Part shown: positions 26,191 to 39,788 of the stretch, piece by piece
Layout: the number at the start of each line of letters is the position of its first letter
Numbering within the stretch: the first letter of the stretch is position 1
Origin: Cetorhinus maximus
Taxonomy: Eukaryota
Length of the DNA: 64,000 nucleotides
Assembly (NCBI RefSeq): GCF_964194155.1
Contig: NC_135903.1
Coordinates: 26,660,001 to 26,724,000, forward strand
Direction: 5' to 3'
Program-made: the position numbers and the translations under genes
The notes under the pieces: generated by a model
What the model saw: the letters and a program-made list of their open reading frames with translations, nothing else
Told to the model about the DNA's origin: nothing
Database searches by the model: none

Positions 26191-26679
26191 AGTCAATAAA
26201 ACCATTAGCCAATGAAAAGAAAATTACAGGCACTAGAGGCATTTTATTATATAGATTCCACCTTTCTGGGTTAATGATATTTTCTCATTTAAGTTTGCTA
26301 ATGGAGTTCAGGTTACATTAGTGTTAGTAACGTTTTCAGCATCAATAACCACCTCTTTTATAATGGCATATTTTTCAATGTGATCATGTGAGCACAGCAT
26401 CGCAACAAGGAGGAGGCTAAGATTGTGGTGTTGGAAAATAAAATTCATATGCTTCTCATGAGTTTTTAAAAACTTTTATATTATAGTTTTATGTAAACTT
26501 TTATATTATAGTTTTATGTAACATGTATAAGGTATGCAATTCTAGTCATATGAATTGATCATAGGGGGCTATTGTTGCTACATGTCATGTTGCCCCTTTG
26601 CTAGCAATCAAATATTTAAAAATGGTATAAAATTGTATCCACAGTCTTTCTACAATCTAAATAACCCTGGAGGGGTTTC

Positions 26680-26935
26680 ACAGATGGAACACCACCACCT
26701 GGAAGTTCCCCTCCAAGTCACTCACCATCCTGACTTGGAAATACATCGCTGTTCCTTCAGTGGCACTGGGTCAAAATCCTGGAACTCCCTTCCTAACAGC
26801 ACTGTGGATTTACCTACACCACATGGACTGCAGCGACTCAAGAAGGCAGCTCACCACCACCTTCTCAAGGGCAACTAGTGATGGGCAATAAATGCTGGCC
26901 CAGCCAGCAAAGCCCATCCTGTGAATAAATGATAA
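26680..26935 (+). mobile_element. LINE 3' end (family of 58117-59575)
   Basis: Near-identical to 59330-59560 (SKSWNSLPNSTV, AAHHHLLKG, gatgggcaataaatgctggcc). Confidence 0.85.
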
Positions 26936-29480
26936 AAGGAACAGATGTAGTACATCTACAGGTTCATATATTGATTTTAAAAATGACTAAAGCTGTTGTA
27001 AGGATTTGCCTCATATGAAGTCCTCAAGGTGTTACTGCCTTATAACTCATTCCAACCTATGTGTTATCTACTAACCTCCACTTGTTCTCATTTTCTGGTG
27101 GTCAACCATGATTACAAAATAACTTAATACTGTAATGTGGATATCATATTTCAGCCGCCTGGACTACAGTGGCCAACACTGTCCACCATCTCATCTGTTC
27201 TAGTTTCACAATGTTCTTTTCATCTACCATGGAATCAAACCTCAGCAAGAGACCCCAGCAAGAAAAGGAGATAGCTGGTTTAAAAAAAAAAACTTTTTGT
27301 TTACTTAGCGAAATGCTACAGAACACTTTATGACAATACTAAAAGGATTAAAAATAGCTATCTGGCAATTTTTAATGGTTGTCAGAATTCTGAATTACAT
27401 TTAATCTTTGGCAATGTAGATCTATTTTTGCACCACATCAGCACAAAATGTTCAGTGCAACAATATCACGTGACAGGACCTATACTGCTACCAATTTACC
27501 TTCTGTAGATTGTAGCAAAATTCACTTATAGAGTATATAGTGAATACAACTGTGCTGAAGATTAATACACGAATGAATAATAATTAATAATGAATCCATT
27601 TCAAAGTCAAACACTGGAGATGTTCATTAAGTCCTTGTCATTAAACACTGTCAAGTATTACACTTATGCTGTGATCCCTCTGCACCTCTGTTCTATACTT
27701 TGATTCATATCTGACCTGTTGTCAGCATTTTACTTGTAATAATGGCATGTTGAATGTTCCACTGTAAAGCTGTTCAGATTTACTAACTCAACAAGTCGAA
27801 TGTGTTCCTTGCAGGAAGGGTGAATTCCTTTGGTTGCAATGAAATGAGTGTGCATCATATTAGAATCAAAACAACTATTTCCTTCCCAATTTTTAAAATT
27901 TTCTTTAACACAGAGGCAAAGATCTAAATTCTTGCAATTTATTTTTTGAATATACAATTAGAGTAAATGACAGACTTTATGGAATAGAACAACAGTGAAA
28001 TGACATTAAGGAGTCAAGGGACAGTGGCTGGAATAAATAAGACATATTGCTGACGAGGTAAAACTTTAACTTAAATTTTTGTTCCCTTACACCTGTCAAA
28101 TGTAGCCAGTGTAAGCCTGAGAGTGCATGTTCAGCTTTACTTCAGTACTAGCACAAAAGGTACTGTAATAGGAACTGGAGTACGCCATTCATCCCCTCGA
28201 GCCCAATCTGTCATTGTTAGATCATGTCTGATCTGTAACTCAAATCCAGCTGCCTGGCTGCATAACCCTTAATACCCTACGCTTAACAAATGTGAAGATA
28301 TAAACATGATCTACCTGACTGGTATAAAGTGACAAAGTAAAAAAAAAAACTGCTGTTATGTATGATTTTATTGACTATTATCACTTTTATTTTAGGTGTA
28401 AACTTTCAATTGCCTCCTTGCTAACCAGATTAAGCTGGCAATGGAAACAACAACTTGGATTTAACAGTATCCTTAGTGTATTAAAAGATTCCAAGGTGTT
28501 TCACTGAAGAAAAATTGACTGAGTAGTAGAGGGGCTGGGAGGGATCACCAGGTTCACAATGAAAAGGTCGGTGTTTTTGGGATGATGGAGGGTTTCAGGA
28601 GGAGAATCAACATTGGTTCTGCACCTGTCCAGTGTTGAGGCTTCAGCACACTGGCAGTGATACCCCATAAGTACCTTCATAGGAAAGTTCCTAGGCAGGT
28701 GACCCTTTCATTCTCCATATCGAGCTCAGGAACTCAGGGCGAGATTTTCCACACCCACTCGCTGCAAGTCAATGGGCGCCGCCTTGCCCACGGCAAGTCC
28801 CACCCGCGATGGGGCCAGAAAATCCCGGCCTCAGTCTTGAACTGTGGGCACAAACCTGCCATTTTGCACAGTATTTTAGGACATCAACTGATTATATTTG
28901 TCAATCACAGCCACTCTGTTAAAGACCTGTGCCCGCATGGCTGCAACAAAACAAATGATTCAAAAACAAATTACACTTTATACACAGCAAAGTAACAGAT
29001 AAAAGTGTGACCACAACGAAAAGAAGCTACAGTGTGTAGAGTAATCATGACTCAAGCAACTACTGTACCAGGATAGTGCAAGGCGGGAACTGGGCCTTTT
29101 ATTGTCCAGAAATCCCAATGTTCCTATAGCAGAGTTTACAGAGCAGGTTTGTCCCTGGGTGTACTCACTTTATATGAGGCCTAGGAAGTAATTTTGATAC
29201 ATTGTAAAGGAGGCAAAATATCTTTATTTTGAAGGATTAAATGGAGATCTAGAGCTAATCGGTAAACAGCTGGCACTTTGTAATGTCCTTGCATATGGCT
29301 CTGAACAGGAAGCATCATTACAGTTACCACCTGATTTCAAATCAGTTTGACCACTATTGATTCAGGCTATTGATTAAACTGCGGAAGGTAGGAGGTATCA
29401 ACTATAACAGTATGTTGTATTTTGAAATATGTAGCAGGATAAGGTGAAACTCTTTTTAAATAGGTGTACCATCATTGGTG

Positions 29481-29844
29481 CTACTGTTGTTTCTGTGACT
29501 GCTGAATTACAAAAATGGAATGCACTGTCCAAGGGATAATAGCAATAACCAGAACAGGAACAAATGCATTCTTCAAGTAAAACAGAACATAAAACAGAAC
29601 ACTCGAGTGTTTCGACAGTGGTATTTTATCCATGATCTCAATGATGAGGACGGAGAGCACTATGCACAAAATTTTCAGCTTCCCTGTCATTTTCCATCGC
29701 TGTGTGCTGGCATACATTGGTGAGGCGAGCCCAAGACCAAGTCCTAGCAGTGCCCCTGTATCCCTGCTAAGTGAAGAAAACGGTGCCGTATCCAGTCGAA
29801 TCCATTCAGGCTTGGCACACCACTTTGTAGCAAGGTGAATCGTC
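29481..29844 (-). CDS. G6PC3: G6PC3 exon 6 (364 nt, includes stop)
   Basis: Acceptor tgttccag, phase 2. Translates (W)TIHLATKWCAKPEWIRLDTAPFSSLSRDTGALLGLGLGLASPMY...VPVLVIAIIPWTVHSIFVIQQSQKQQ*, matching the G6Pase KWC..PEW...PF.SL motif. Minus-strand AATAAA at 29223-29228. Confidence 0.95.
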
Positions 29845-32271
29845 CTGGAACATGCAAGCGTGAATTAGTCCTAAGAGTGTCTGTGACTTTAAATGCGGTT
29901 TCACATGTGCTACAATTTAGGTTGCCAACTTGGTTAGACATATTTGTGGAGATTTCTTCACGTGATCTCCTGCCTCCAACTGCCCCACCAAGTCAAATAG
30001 TCACTCCCCTCGCCATTGCAAACAAAAGTATTCAAAGCAAATGAAATAAAACACTTTTTTTTAACTGCCCTTACTGTTTTTCTCCCTGGTTGCTTGCTGC
30101 AGTTTTCAGGAGATAAATCTTTAATTCCTGAAGACTCTAGGACAATCCTGGATGGTTGGCAATGCTAACTAATAGCTGGCTTTTTAACTGTGCAATTGTA
30201 TATATTTGTCAAAGGAACATCAGACTAATCATCATTTCTGCCTCCCTAGAAGGTCTGATTAGATTGACATCAAACCATCAAACCAAACAAGAATTTCTAA
30301 TTGTTTAACAAAACAGTACTTTTCAACCATCTAAATTAACATGACTGGCTAGTTTTCCGCTCCCGCTTCATTTCCTTCTTCTTTGGTTCAGTTGGACTTC
30401 ATCAAATCAAAACTGTGGCGGAAAATTTCTGGGACTAGAAAAGTCTGCAAGGGATCTTGACCTGCAGTTTGAAAATATATTAGTGGTGTTCTAGGTATAA
30501 ATTGTCTGGGTGCAATTCATCACTTTGTCACACAAAAATCAATCATTAATTGTGCATGACTGCTTGACCTGTTGCCCAATAATTAAATAAATACAAGGGC
30601 TGTTGGGTGTATATATAGTAATTGGCTGAATGCTTTTCAACACAGTCTATGTGCAATAAATTAAAATAAATAATTCAGTAAACCTGCTCAACCTCAGACT
30701 GAAAATTAAATAAACTGTTATGTTGCAGGTATAAATCAATCCACTAAACTTTCCTGGCTCAATTCACCTGTCCAGTGCAAGGTTTGTTTCAGATTCTTCC
30801 TGAGATATATTATCTAATGAATGAGCTGCTGGCCATACGAGACTGGCATGAAATGATTAATTTGGACTGCCCACTCTCCTGCTTTAAAGATTGATGTCAT
30901 TGTTTTATGAAGCAGCATCAAGATAATACATTTTAAATTAGTACAATTCTTGGCTTGCTATGTGTATTATTTGCATACACTTCCTGGCTAGGAAATGTTT
31001 CTTCCTGTCATTTTTTCTTTTTGTCACACTTTTGTATCAACATCTTACATTACAAATTTCTATGTCTACATTTAAAGTGGAGAACCCCTAAATCAATTGT
31101 ACATGCTGTCCTCTCATTACTACAGATTATGGCCACCAGAAGGCACTTATCCCCAATTAATGCTCAAATGCTTTCTGAAATGTTTTCATTTGCCATTTGC
31201 TCCTTAGTAACCAAAATATCTAATGTCCAACATAGAAATTAATTAGAAAAACATATTTCACAGTAACATGATTAAATTTATCTATTAAATTTGTGCCTTT
31301 TAATGCCCTCATTAAAGATTTGAACGTCTCAGCCTTTCTAAAAGCCTGGCCTGGAGTTTGATACAGGGTTACAATGCTGTTAACTGAAGAAAGGTCTTGC
31401 AGTTTGAGCATGAATGGTCTTTGCTCTTTCCCAGGATGCAACGGTAGCATTTAAGCTCGGCCAAACATTAGAAACACCGGCTGGGATTTTTCCGGGCCCA
31501 CCATGGTGGGGGGGGGGGGTGCAGCGGCCCAGCCAAAAGTCCATTGACTTTCGGCGGGATTGGACGATCCCGGTGGTGGGCGGGGCCATAAAATTCCACC
31601 ATAAACTTTCAGAGAAGAACTGAATAGCTTTTGTTTAAATAATTTCAAGAAGAGCTTGAGGATGAATTTCAGACGCCTTATTTGGTGTAAGAAACCACTT
31701 TATAATGATTTTATAAACTCCTAAGAAATTTATTGAATATTGGAAGAATAGATTTCTCTCTCTCCCTTTATAAGGAAAGCTGCTTGGGCTGACAAACACA
31801 AGACAGCAAAGGCTGTTATCTCTGCCAAGCACATGTCTCCAGCACCGTCACTGAAACAAGGCATTGCTAATCCTGATTTGGCGGGAGCGGGGTGTAAGTT
31901 GGCCTCCTGAGCCATACCTGAACCAACTGTCTGAAGGTCAAACAAGGACGTCCCAGGAAGTGATAAGCCACAAGATGACACATGGGCTTCTGATGAAAAT
32001 AGGAGGGATTACCTTGAGTCTCTGTCCTTTGCCAATGGACAATTGAACAAACGATTGGCATAAGTCTCCCAGAAATAAGGTATATAAACAGACGCTTAAG
32101 AAGGAGAAACAACACTTTGTATGGAAGAGAACTACTCAAAGTGGACCAATGCTGTCTCCAGCCCAACATTTTGGCTAGCTCAAGAAGACTGATGAAGACG
32201 GCAGAAACTGTCACTCCTAACCCTCGCTTAGGAGAAGATAAAGAGTATCCTGCTATCTTGGCTGACTTGAA

Positions 32272-32950
32272 GGGCAGAATCTTCCGGTCCCACCAGCAGC
32301 GCAAAGCTTAGCAGGCAGGGGAGCTTAATTTGAGGGGAGGCTGACAATCAGTTTCCCGACGAGCGGGATGAACTTCAGTAATAAAGTTCTCGGGCCTTTA
32401 AAGGCGGGTTAGAGGCAGGTTGAGCTTCCTGACAAATCATGTCGGGAAACCCACTTGCATGCATTAGCAAGTCGTGCATGCTCATTAAAAGGCCAGCTCG
32501 CCAGAATTAAGCTCCCCTCCAAATTAAGTTCCTCGCCAGCGAGACATTCAAATGTTCACATTCATGACTGCACATAGGTGGCATGCACATGATGAGGTAG
32601 ACTATTCCCATGATTGATGATAAGTTGCTACTACATTTTGCTCCTTGGGGAGAGTTTGTAAATACCAGCCTGTGCTTGAGTGGGTGGTGGCAGTGCAAGT
32701 TGCCTGGAGGATGACCAAGGAGGGGAAGAAGTGTTAGTGGGGTAGGGTGGAGAGGTGGCCGGGCAAAGGCAGAAGGGATAGTCCAGGTGTTCTTTAAATA
32801 TGGCGCCCAGAACTTCGACCAAATTACGTAACGGTGGGAAAGGCAACTTCCTGCCTTCCACTGCTGTGAGAATCAGTGAGCTCCTTGCGGATGCATATAT
32901 ATTGAACTGAACAGTGCAAGATCGTGCATGGTCAGCTAAAAATCCCCCCA
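32272..32950. mobile_element. Harbinger-type MITE
   Basis: Begins gggcagaatcttcc and ends aaaatcccc, similar to the TIRs of the Harbinger at 55021-60826. Internal inverted gggagcttaatt/aattaagctccc. Confidence 0.5.
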
Positions 32951-32989
32951 GCAGATATCACTCTCACTTCTGCCCCCACCACCGAACTT

Positions 32990-33660
32990 AGACTCCAGGA
33001 CGGAAGATTCCAGCTGTTGTAGCCAGATGCAATGGCTTCTCTTTCTGTTCTTGCACCATCCTCTTTGGAGTCCCCCAAGGATCTATCCTCCTCTATATTG
33101 CCCATGGGGACATCATTCAGAAACACAACATCAAGTTCCACATTTATGCTGTCAGCCAGCTCTACCTCACCACGACCTCTCTCAACCCCTGCATTGTCTC
33201 TCAATTGCCAGTGTGCTTGTTTGACATCCAGTAATAAAATGTTCAGAAATTGCCTTCTATGACATTGGCTCTCTGTTAAACAAAAACTTGATTTTAAAAC
33301 ATAATTATTTTGAGATCCCTCCATGTCTTCACCCCTCCCTATCTCTATAATCTCCAGCAGTCTCTTGAGTGCTCGTCCAATTCTAGCCATCTAAACAGCC
33401 CTGATTTTAATCACTCCACTACTGGGCTGTGCCTTCAGCTGCCAAGGAACTAAGCCCTGGGTCTCCTTTGCTAAGTCTTTCTGCCTCTCTTCTCTCCTTT
33501 AAGACACTCCTTAAAATTTTCCTCTTTGACCAAGCTTTTGGTCATCTGCCCTGATATCTCCTTACGCAGCTCAGTGTCAAATTTGTTTGATCGTGCTCCT
33601 AAAAAGCACTTGGGGATATTTTCACCACGTTAAAGGTGCTAGATGAATGTAAGTTGTTGT
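32990..33660 (+). mobile_element. L2 LINE 3' fragment
   Basis: Homologous to 1900-2310 (ctcctttaagacactccttaaa...ttttggtcatctgccc; tail tgctagatgaatgtaagttgttg). Confidence 0.7.
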
Positions 33661-34559
33661 TGTGGCCCAGAACAAAATGGAAAAACAGAAAAAGAGAGGC
33701 TAGAATGAAGAACAAGAGAGAGAGAGAACAAAATATCGACACAAATACAATGGAGACTGGCTAAAGACAGGGGGCAGTCTTCGTTTCTCTGTGCCCAAAG
33801 TAAAGGATGTCTATGTTGGGGTTTTAAAAATGTCCACCTTCTGCATCCAGTTCCTGCAGCCACTGTTAAATCAAATATAATACAAAATGTACACACACGT
33901 GACTGTCCCTCTGTGCTAACTTCTTGTTTTATTTTCAAACCCTGTACCAATTGGACACTGCTTGCTCAGGATGTTAGCATTATTCTGTGTTTCCCAGGTC
34001 ATGCTCAGACTTTTTTCCTTTAGATGTTGCATTCTCCCCCTCATATTTTCCTTTTTTCCTCAGTGATCTTCCCATTTCTCTTCCTGTGTGCACACATGTG
34101 AGAATGCACCAAGAAGTAGGTGGAAATTTTTTAACTGTTGAGATATTTTGATGTAAGGTATGCGTGTCTGCCAAGAAAAGTCACATGAATACATATGCCA
34201 GGGACGTGCCAACTACATTCCATCATTCGTCTATAACGGTTGAGCACTGCCAATCGAGCCCACAAAGCTAGACAAGCGCACCTCTAATCAAGCTTATATT
34301 TTTTTATTCGCTGGTTTGTCCTGCTTGAATGTCACGGGCCTGCAGGCTTGTCCTTAAGTGCTTTTTAATCATTTGTGGAGAAACCCTAAATCAGAACACC
34401 AAAGTCTGCTAGAATACACAGCTTGAGATCTATGTAAATTAATGGGAACATTAAATTTCGTTTGTGCCCAATAGTGCACATAAGGCCCGTGAAAATAAAC
34501 ACCCCTGACATACATCTTGTACAAGAAACAGCTTCTTCATAAACTTTGCTTTTCTTTCA

Positions 34560-34815
34560 TATGCAATAGGGCCATCTGCCACTCGCTTGTCCTGTTTGCT
34601 ACCCTTAATGTCTCCATTAGCACATCTTTTAGATAATACCACCACCATCAACAATCCTTTGTCCTTTTGTCTATGACATCTTTGGAAGTCGCTTCTTGGC
34701 CTCCAGCTATCACGGGCCCTCTGTCGAGCTCTCCTGTCCCACCCCCTTCTTATATTTCATCTCATTTCTATATGTCTTAGTTCCGATGAAGGGTCATCCA
34801 GACTCGAAACGTCAA
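34560..34815 (+). mobile_element. Penelope-like element 3'/terminal repeat fragment
   Basis: Pyrimidine-rich stretch ending ttccgatgaagggtcatccagactcgaaacgtcaa (hammerhead-like core). Confidence 0.6.
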
Positions 34816-35550
34816 GAACATAATTTCTGAGCAACCCAAGTGTCAACACATTTACTGTTTATTCAAACTACTGTGTGAAGAACCATAGCTCTTGAAATGC
34901 AGGGGGGAAAAGGACAGGAACTGAAACGCTTCTATATTGTTTCGGTTTACTGTTTTCCTGTTGAGACGTTGATTTTCATATGTCAAATACAGGAATTACT
35001 GCAGGACTTGAAAGCCCAGTTGCAAGGTGGAAAACACTTAAGGGAAAATGCTTCGAATATAGCAAGTAAGTTTCAGTCTGCAGAAATTTTCTAAATCCAC
35101 CCATACTTCACAGGTTCCACTTTGTTACTGATGAAAACAAAAGAAAACGGAAATCATTCATTTCCTGCTGGCATCAATCTACAGAGAAACAATTGTCCTC
35201 TAATTGATCGCGGAGGAAGCTTACTCACAGCAATTAGATCTCGGGCCAGGTTAACAAATCTGTACCTCAACAGTGAAAAATACATTACCTGTTGCAAATT
35301 TTAACACTCCCATAAACAGCAGATCCTGTAGCTTATTCTGATCGGCATCACAGGAGACCCCACAGTACTTGGAAGGGGGGTGGGGTGGGGGGCAAGGTGG
35401 AGGAATGATATCTACAGCTGAACTGTACCACTACCTCATCATTACCATCCAGTAATTTAGAAGTTTATTTGGAAAAAAAAATGAAGATGTTATTCATTTC
35501 ACTCACTCTATATCTGACAAATACACAAATGTCTTTCTGACAGGAATCAC

Positions 35551-36199
35551 GGGGAAACATTTTCCCCCATTGGGGGGCAATTGTGGAAGCAGGCGCGCCT
35601 CCAATTGGCTGCCATTTTACGTGGGTGGACCAATTAAGAACCCGCCCAGCGTGACGTCCGCCAGGAAGCGCTATGCGCTCCCTGTGCAGGTGGGGGGGAA
35701 TCCCTCAGCCGAGAGTGCGCTCTTTCGCGCTTGCACGTGAGAGAGCGCACTCATCTCCCTGAGGCTAGGTGCTGCCTCAGGGGGATCGGCTACAAATTAA
35801 AAGTTGTTAAACAAATGATAGATAGATTTCCCTGACATGTCCCCTCATGTGACATGAGTTGGGACATGTCCATAACTTTAACTGAAACCTTTATTAGATA
35901 TTTAAATACCCTCATGAAACCTCATTGCGCCCGTTTCATGCATTTTCTGAAGCCCGCCAGGGCTCCCGGCCTGCCCAACAACCCTAAGGTTGGACGGGCA
36001 GGTCCATTAATGATGTTAATTACTTTTAAAATAGCCTCAATAGGCCGTTGACAGGTCGACGGCCGCTCAGCTGATCCGGCTGCGCCCCCGCTGACCTGAA
36101 AATGGAAATGACACGGGGTGATGTCGGGAGTTCCACCCAACATCATCACACATTGGTGAGCGGGCCCCGCCCCCGCTCGCCGACCAGGAGATCCTCCCC
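35551..36199. mobile_element. Harbinger-type MITE (same family as 40236-40922 and 61915-62537)
   Basis: Shared internal blocks (ccaattaa, ctccctgagg...gcctcaggg, acctcatc, cctaaggttggacgg, aaatcaca) and GGG...CCC termini. Confidence 0.7.
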
Positions 36200-36397
36200 A
36201 TGGGGTAGGAGTTGAGCACAGGAACCCTGATCCATTTATTCCTCTCGAAAGTGTATATTTCCCCCTTTCTAATCTGTGCTCATCCCTAGGTGTTTGTCTT
36301 AAACACATTGTTTATCTTTGTTATAAAAGATTCCAGACCTCACCTATCACAGGTGATCGCTGCCAGAAAGGGAAAGTGTGGAAATTGCAAGACTTAC

Positions 36398-36539
36398 CAG
36401 GAGACATTGACACCGATATAATTCAATCCCCAATATAAGCACACAGCACTTAGCAGCAATCCGATCGAAGTAGTAACATAATGGATGAGTTTGATATTCT
36501 CTGGTTCATATCTGCCCAGCAGAAAGCCAAGCAGAGCAC
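36398..36539 (-). CDS. G6PC3: G6PC3 exon 5 (142 nt)
   Basis: Acceptor tttcag, donor gtaag. Translates (G)ALLGFLLGRYEPENIKLIHYVTTSIGLLLSAVCLYWGLNYIGVNVS(W). Phases fit the flanking exons. Too short for the ORF track. Confidence 0.92.
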
Positions 36540-37399
36540 CTGAAATTCCAAAACAGGTTTATTAATGACTATATATTTTGATGCTCAAAGATTAGGAGTG
36601 TTCACATTCTCAGGCCCGAATTTTACATACCGAGGACGGGCATGCATCCTGATACCATCGTGCCCATGTGCAATATTGAGGTCGTCGGAGCTGCACCCGC
36701 TGACCATTAAAGAGCCAGTTAAGATCATTATAAAGCCTACTGAGTGAGATTTGACATTGCCCATGCGATTTTGCGTTCATCGAACGGGAAAAATGGGCAG
36801 CACGTTTTTATCAAATTGTCATCAAAGGGCAGGAAAAAAAGGCCCCCACAGCACAAGCACTTTCATTTTATTTGTGATTTTGCTACTGTCGTATTTCAGA
36901 GTTTTGCCCTTGCTTTCTAAGCTGGTTCACCAGTAAATCTGTGCCAAATCTAACAAAATAGATCATTCTGTACAAACTATGGGGAACATTGTCGTTTACA
37001 AATGATATTGGCCGTAAAAATCCATGGCCATTTGGCATTTTGCCATTGTAATTATATGGGGAGTTGGGGGGGGTGGTGCGCAGTTGAGCTGAGGGTAGGG
37101 GCTCTCTGAACGTGAGACTCCCCATCACCCAGGCCTTCATTATCACCCAGCATACAGATACTGCAGGTTTGTCATCGGAGGTGTCCCAACTGAACCAGCT
37201 GTACAGGTGGAATATGACGAGATCCTTGCATTATTAAAATCAGTTTTTTAAAAAGGGATTCCCCTAAAAAGGGAACAACCACACTTTGTCTGCAGCCCCC
37301 TGCACTCCCTCCCACACTTTGCCCCGCACCATGGCCAATAGCCCTAGCTGCGCCACCTGAGCTGGGCAGTCCAGAGCTGCTGCAATAGCAGATGCAGCC

Positions 37400-37740
37400 T
37401 TGGTAGCAGCGTTGTCTACCACGTTGGAGCGTTCTGCTCTCTGGGGTTCAGTAGGTTATGGGTTCAAGTCCCACTCCAGAAAGTTGAGCACGCAGTTCCA
37501 GCGCAGTCCTGAGAGAGTGCTGCACTGTCTGTGGTGCCTGTGTTCAGGTGGGATGTTAATCTGAGACCACATCTACCCTCTCAGATAGGTGTAAAAGATC
37601 CAACATTGCTGTCTATGGGAGCTTGCTGTGCATAAATTGGCTGGCTGGCATATTCTCCACATTATAGCAGTGACCACACTTCAAAAAAGCGGTGAGGCAC
37701 TCTGGGACATCCTGAAGTCATGAAAGGTCTTGGAGAAATG
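37400..37740 (+). mobile_element. tRNA-derived DeuSINE-like element
   Basis: B-box gggttcaagtccc, core gagtgctgcactgtc...gtaaaagatcc, then gggagcttgctgtgcataaattggctg. Confidence 0.65.
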
Positions 37741-38679
37741 CTTATTCATTATTTTTTCAACCTTCACTGATGTAAATAGATAAAGGAAACCCCCTCCCCA
37801 ACTCTTTCCCCCCTCCCCCCACCCACAGCTTTCTCACTGCTGCCACAAAGTTTAGTTTGATGAGTGGCAGATGCTGGGCATGACCTGTAGACTTTCAAGG
37901 CATATTTCACAGCTGCTGTATGCAAATACATTGAGTCAGTGAAAGTTGTAGTCAGGATCAGTTCACAGCTGAAAAGCCGCAGTATTAACACCAAATTTGT
38001 TTCCATGTTGTGGGACCGATCTATTTTTCCACTGGAGGTTTAACTGAAGTTATAAAAGTCATGGGGGACACCAGTGGACCTGGTGCCCAACTCGTTCCCA
38101 GCCCCGCCCGCACTGTGAGGCCAGCCGGAAGGCGCGTTTTGCGCTGGGCGGGCCTTAATTGGCCACCCAGCATGAAATCACATTGAGAACGCGATGTCGC
38201 CCAGGAGTGGATTCTACATCTGCTTCCGGGCCCGCCAAATTCACGCACAAGCCAAGTGTCAAATTCAGGCCTTAAAATTTTATGGACAGTCTTTAATAGT
38301 TGAGTCATGCACTGAATGTGACATGGCATGTTATATGGCCACTGCACACACCACAGTGGTGGGATATGGGTTCTCCGAGTTTTCCATTAACCACTATATT
38401 GCCATGGAGAGGTTACAAGTAGGACCAAAGAGTTTTACCACTTGTAGAGAACAAACTACGACAAAGCCAACCCATTAGCAGCTGATTTTGGATGGATACT
38501 GAAGCTTGTTGCCCACTTCCCCTCAGCTGCAGATAGTCGATGAGTCAGGATGGGTTGCAAGGGAAATGGGAGCCCAACCTCTCATTTGGAGATTATGCAT
38601 GTATGTTTTACCAATGTGATTCTCCAGCTTTCAGTGCACTTGTTTCTATTTTGCTATGACAGGTTTATTAACTTTTCAG

Positions 38680-39025
38680 AGGCAGTTGGTGGCATAGTGG
38701 TAATGTCACTGGACCAGTAATCCAGAGGCCCAGACTAATGTTCTGGCAGCTGGTGGAACTTAAATTCAATTAATAAATCTGAAATTGAAAGCTAGCAATA
38801 ATGGTGACCATGACAACTATCATGGATTGTTATAACAACCCATCTGGTTCACTAATGTCCCTTAGAGAAGGAAATCTGCTATCCTTACCTGGTCTGGCCT
38901 ACACGTGACTCCAGACCCACAGCAATGTGGTTGACTCCGTTATTACTCAGTTCAAGGGCAATTAAGGATGGGAAACAAATGCTGGCCTTACCAGTGATGC
39001 CCACATCCTGTGAAAGAATAAAAAA
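38680..39025 (+). mobile_element. tRNA-derived SINE with LINE-shared 3' tail
   Basis: ggtggcatagtggtaatgtcactggac head. Tail agggcaattaaggatggg...aaatgctggcc is shared with the LINE family at 58117-59575. Confidence 0.75.
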
Positions 39026-39636
39026 TCACTTCTCTAGCTTAAACAGGTGGGACATTATCTCATTTGGCAAATTTTGGACATCCTCCAAAGAGTCTACATC
39101 TTCCCAGGGGAAGTATCTGAGTTCTTCTAATCAGGCATTAAACACTTCTGTCTATAGTTGTTATACCAGCACTATACATTTATAACAGTGCTTGAGACAT
39201 TCAATATAGCTACACTAATTATTTCCTCCTAAAGACGACGCCTTGAAGAGACTAGAAAGTACAATGTCTACTTGAATTCATTTAGAAGAAATGTTGGTTT
39301 AGCTGAGCTGTTATAGATTAGAGTCATGACTAATATCCCGGGAGTGACAAGTTGTAAGTTTATATTTACTTCTTATCTTGGTGATGGCATTAACTGCTGT
39401 CATGCAGCTGGCCTACTTCTGCTCCTGATCCATATATTTGTAAGTATGTTCCTATGTAAACATTAGCAGCTATCTGGGACATACCGGATTTTGACTATGC
39501 CAGTGGTGTTGGTAATACCTCAAGGAGAATAAGGAGGGAATTTCAAATTAAAACATAATATAATTATCAGGAGCATCAGCACAGCAATTTTAATTACACA
39601 ATCTCCCATTGAACATATTGTGATTAAAACTCTTAC

Positions 39637-39755
39637 CTGTAATTATTCCATCAAGTACTTGATGGGGAAAATGAGCCAAAATAAATATTCTGGAGATGCC
39701 GATTGCCAGCAGCATCACGATGTACAATACTACAGGGATGGTCTTTGCCAGTGAG
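39637..39755 (-). CDS. G6PC3: G6PC3 exon 4 (119 nt), PAP2 motif 3
   Basis: Acceptor ttttaag, donor gtaag. Translates (S)[39 protein letters not shown](G), containing SRxxxxxH with the phospho-acceptor His. Confidence 0.95.
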
Positions 39756-39788
39756 CTTAAAATACATGAAATATCTGATGTTAGTAAT

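Noticed and set aside
31867-33390. 145-aa and 152-aa minus ORFs within G6PC3 intron 5
   Set aside because: They overlap MITE and L2 remnants, have no domain signature, and are not needed to complete the G6PC3 frame.
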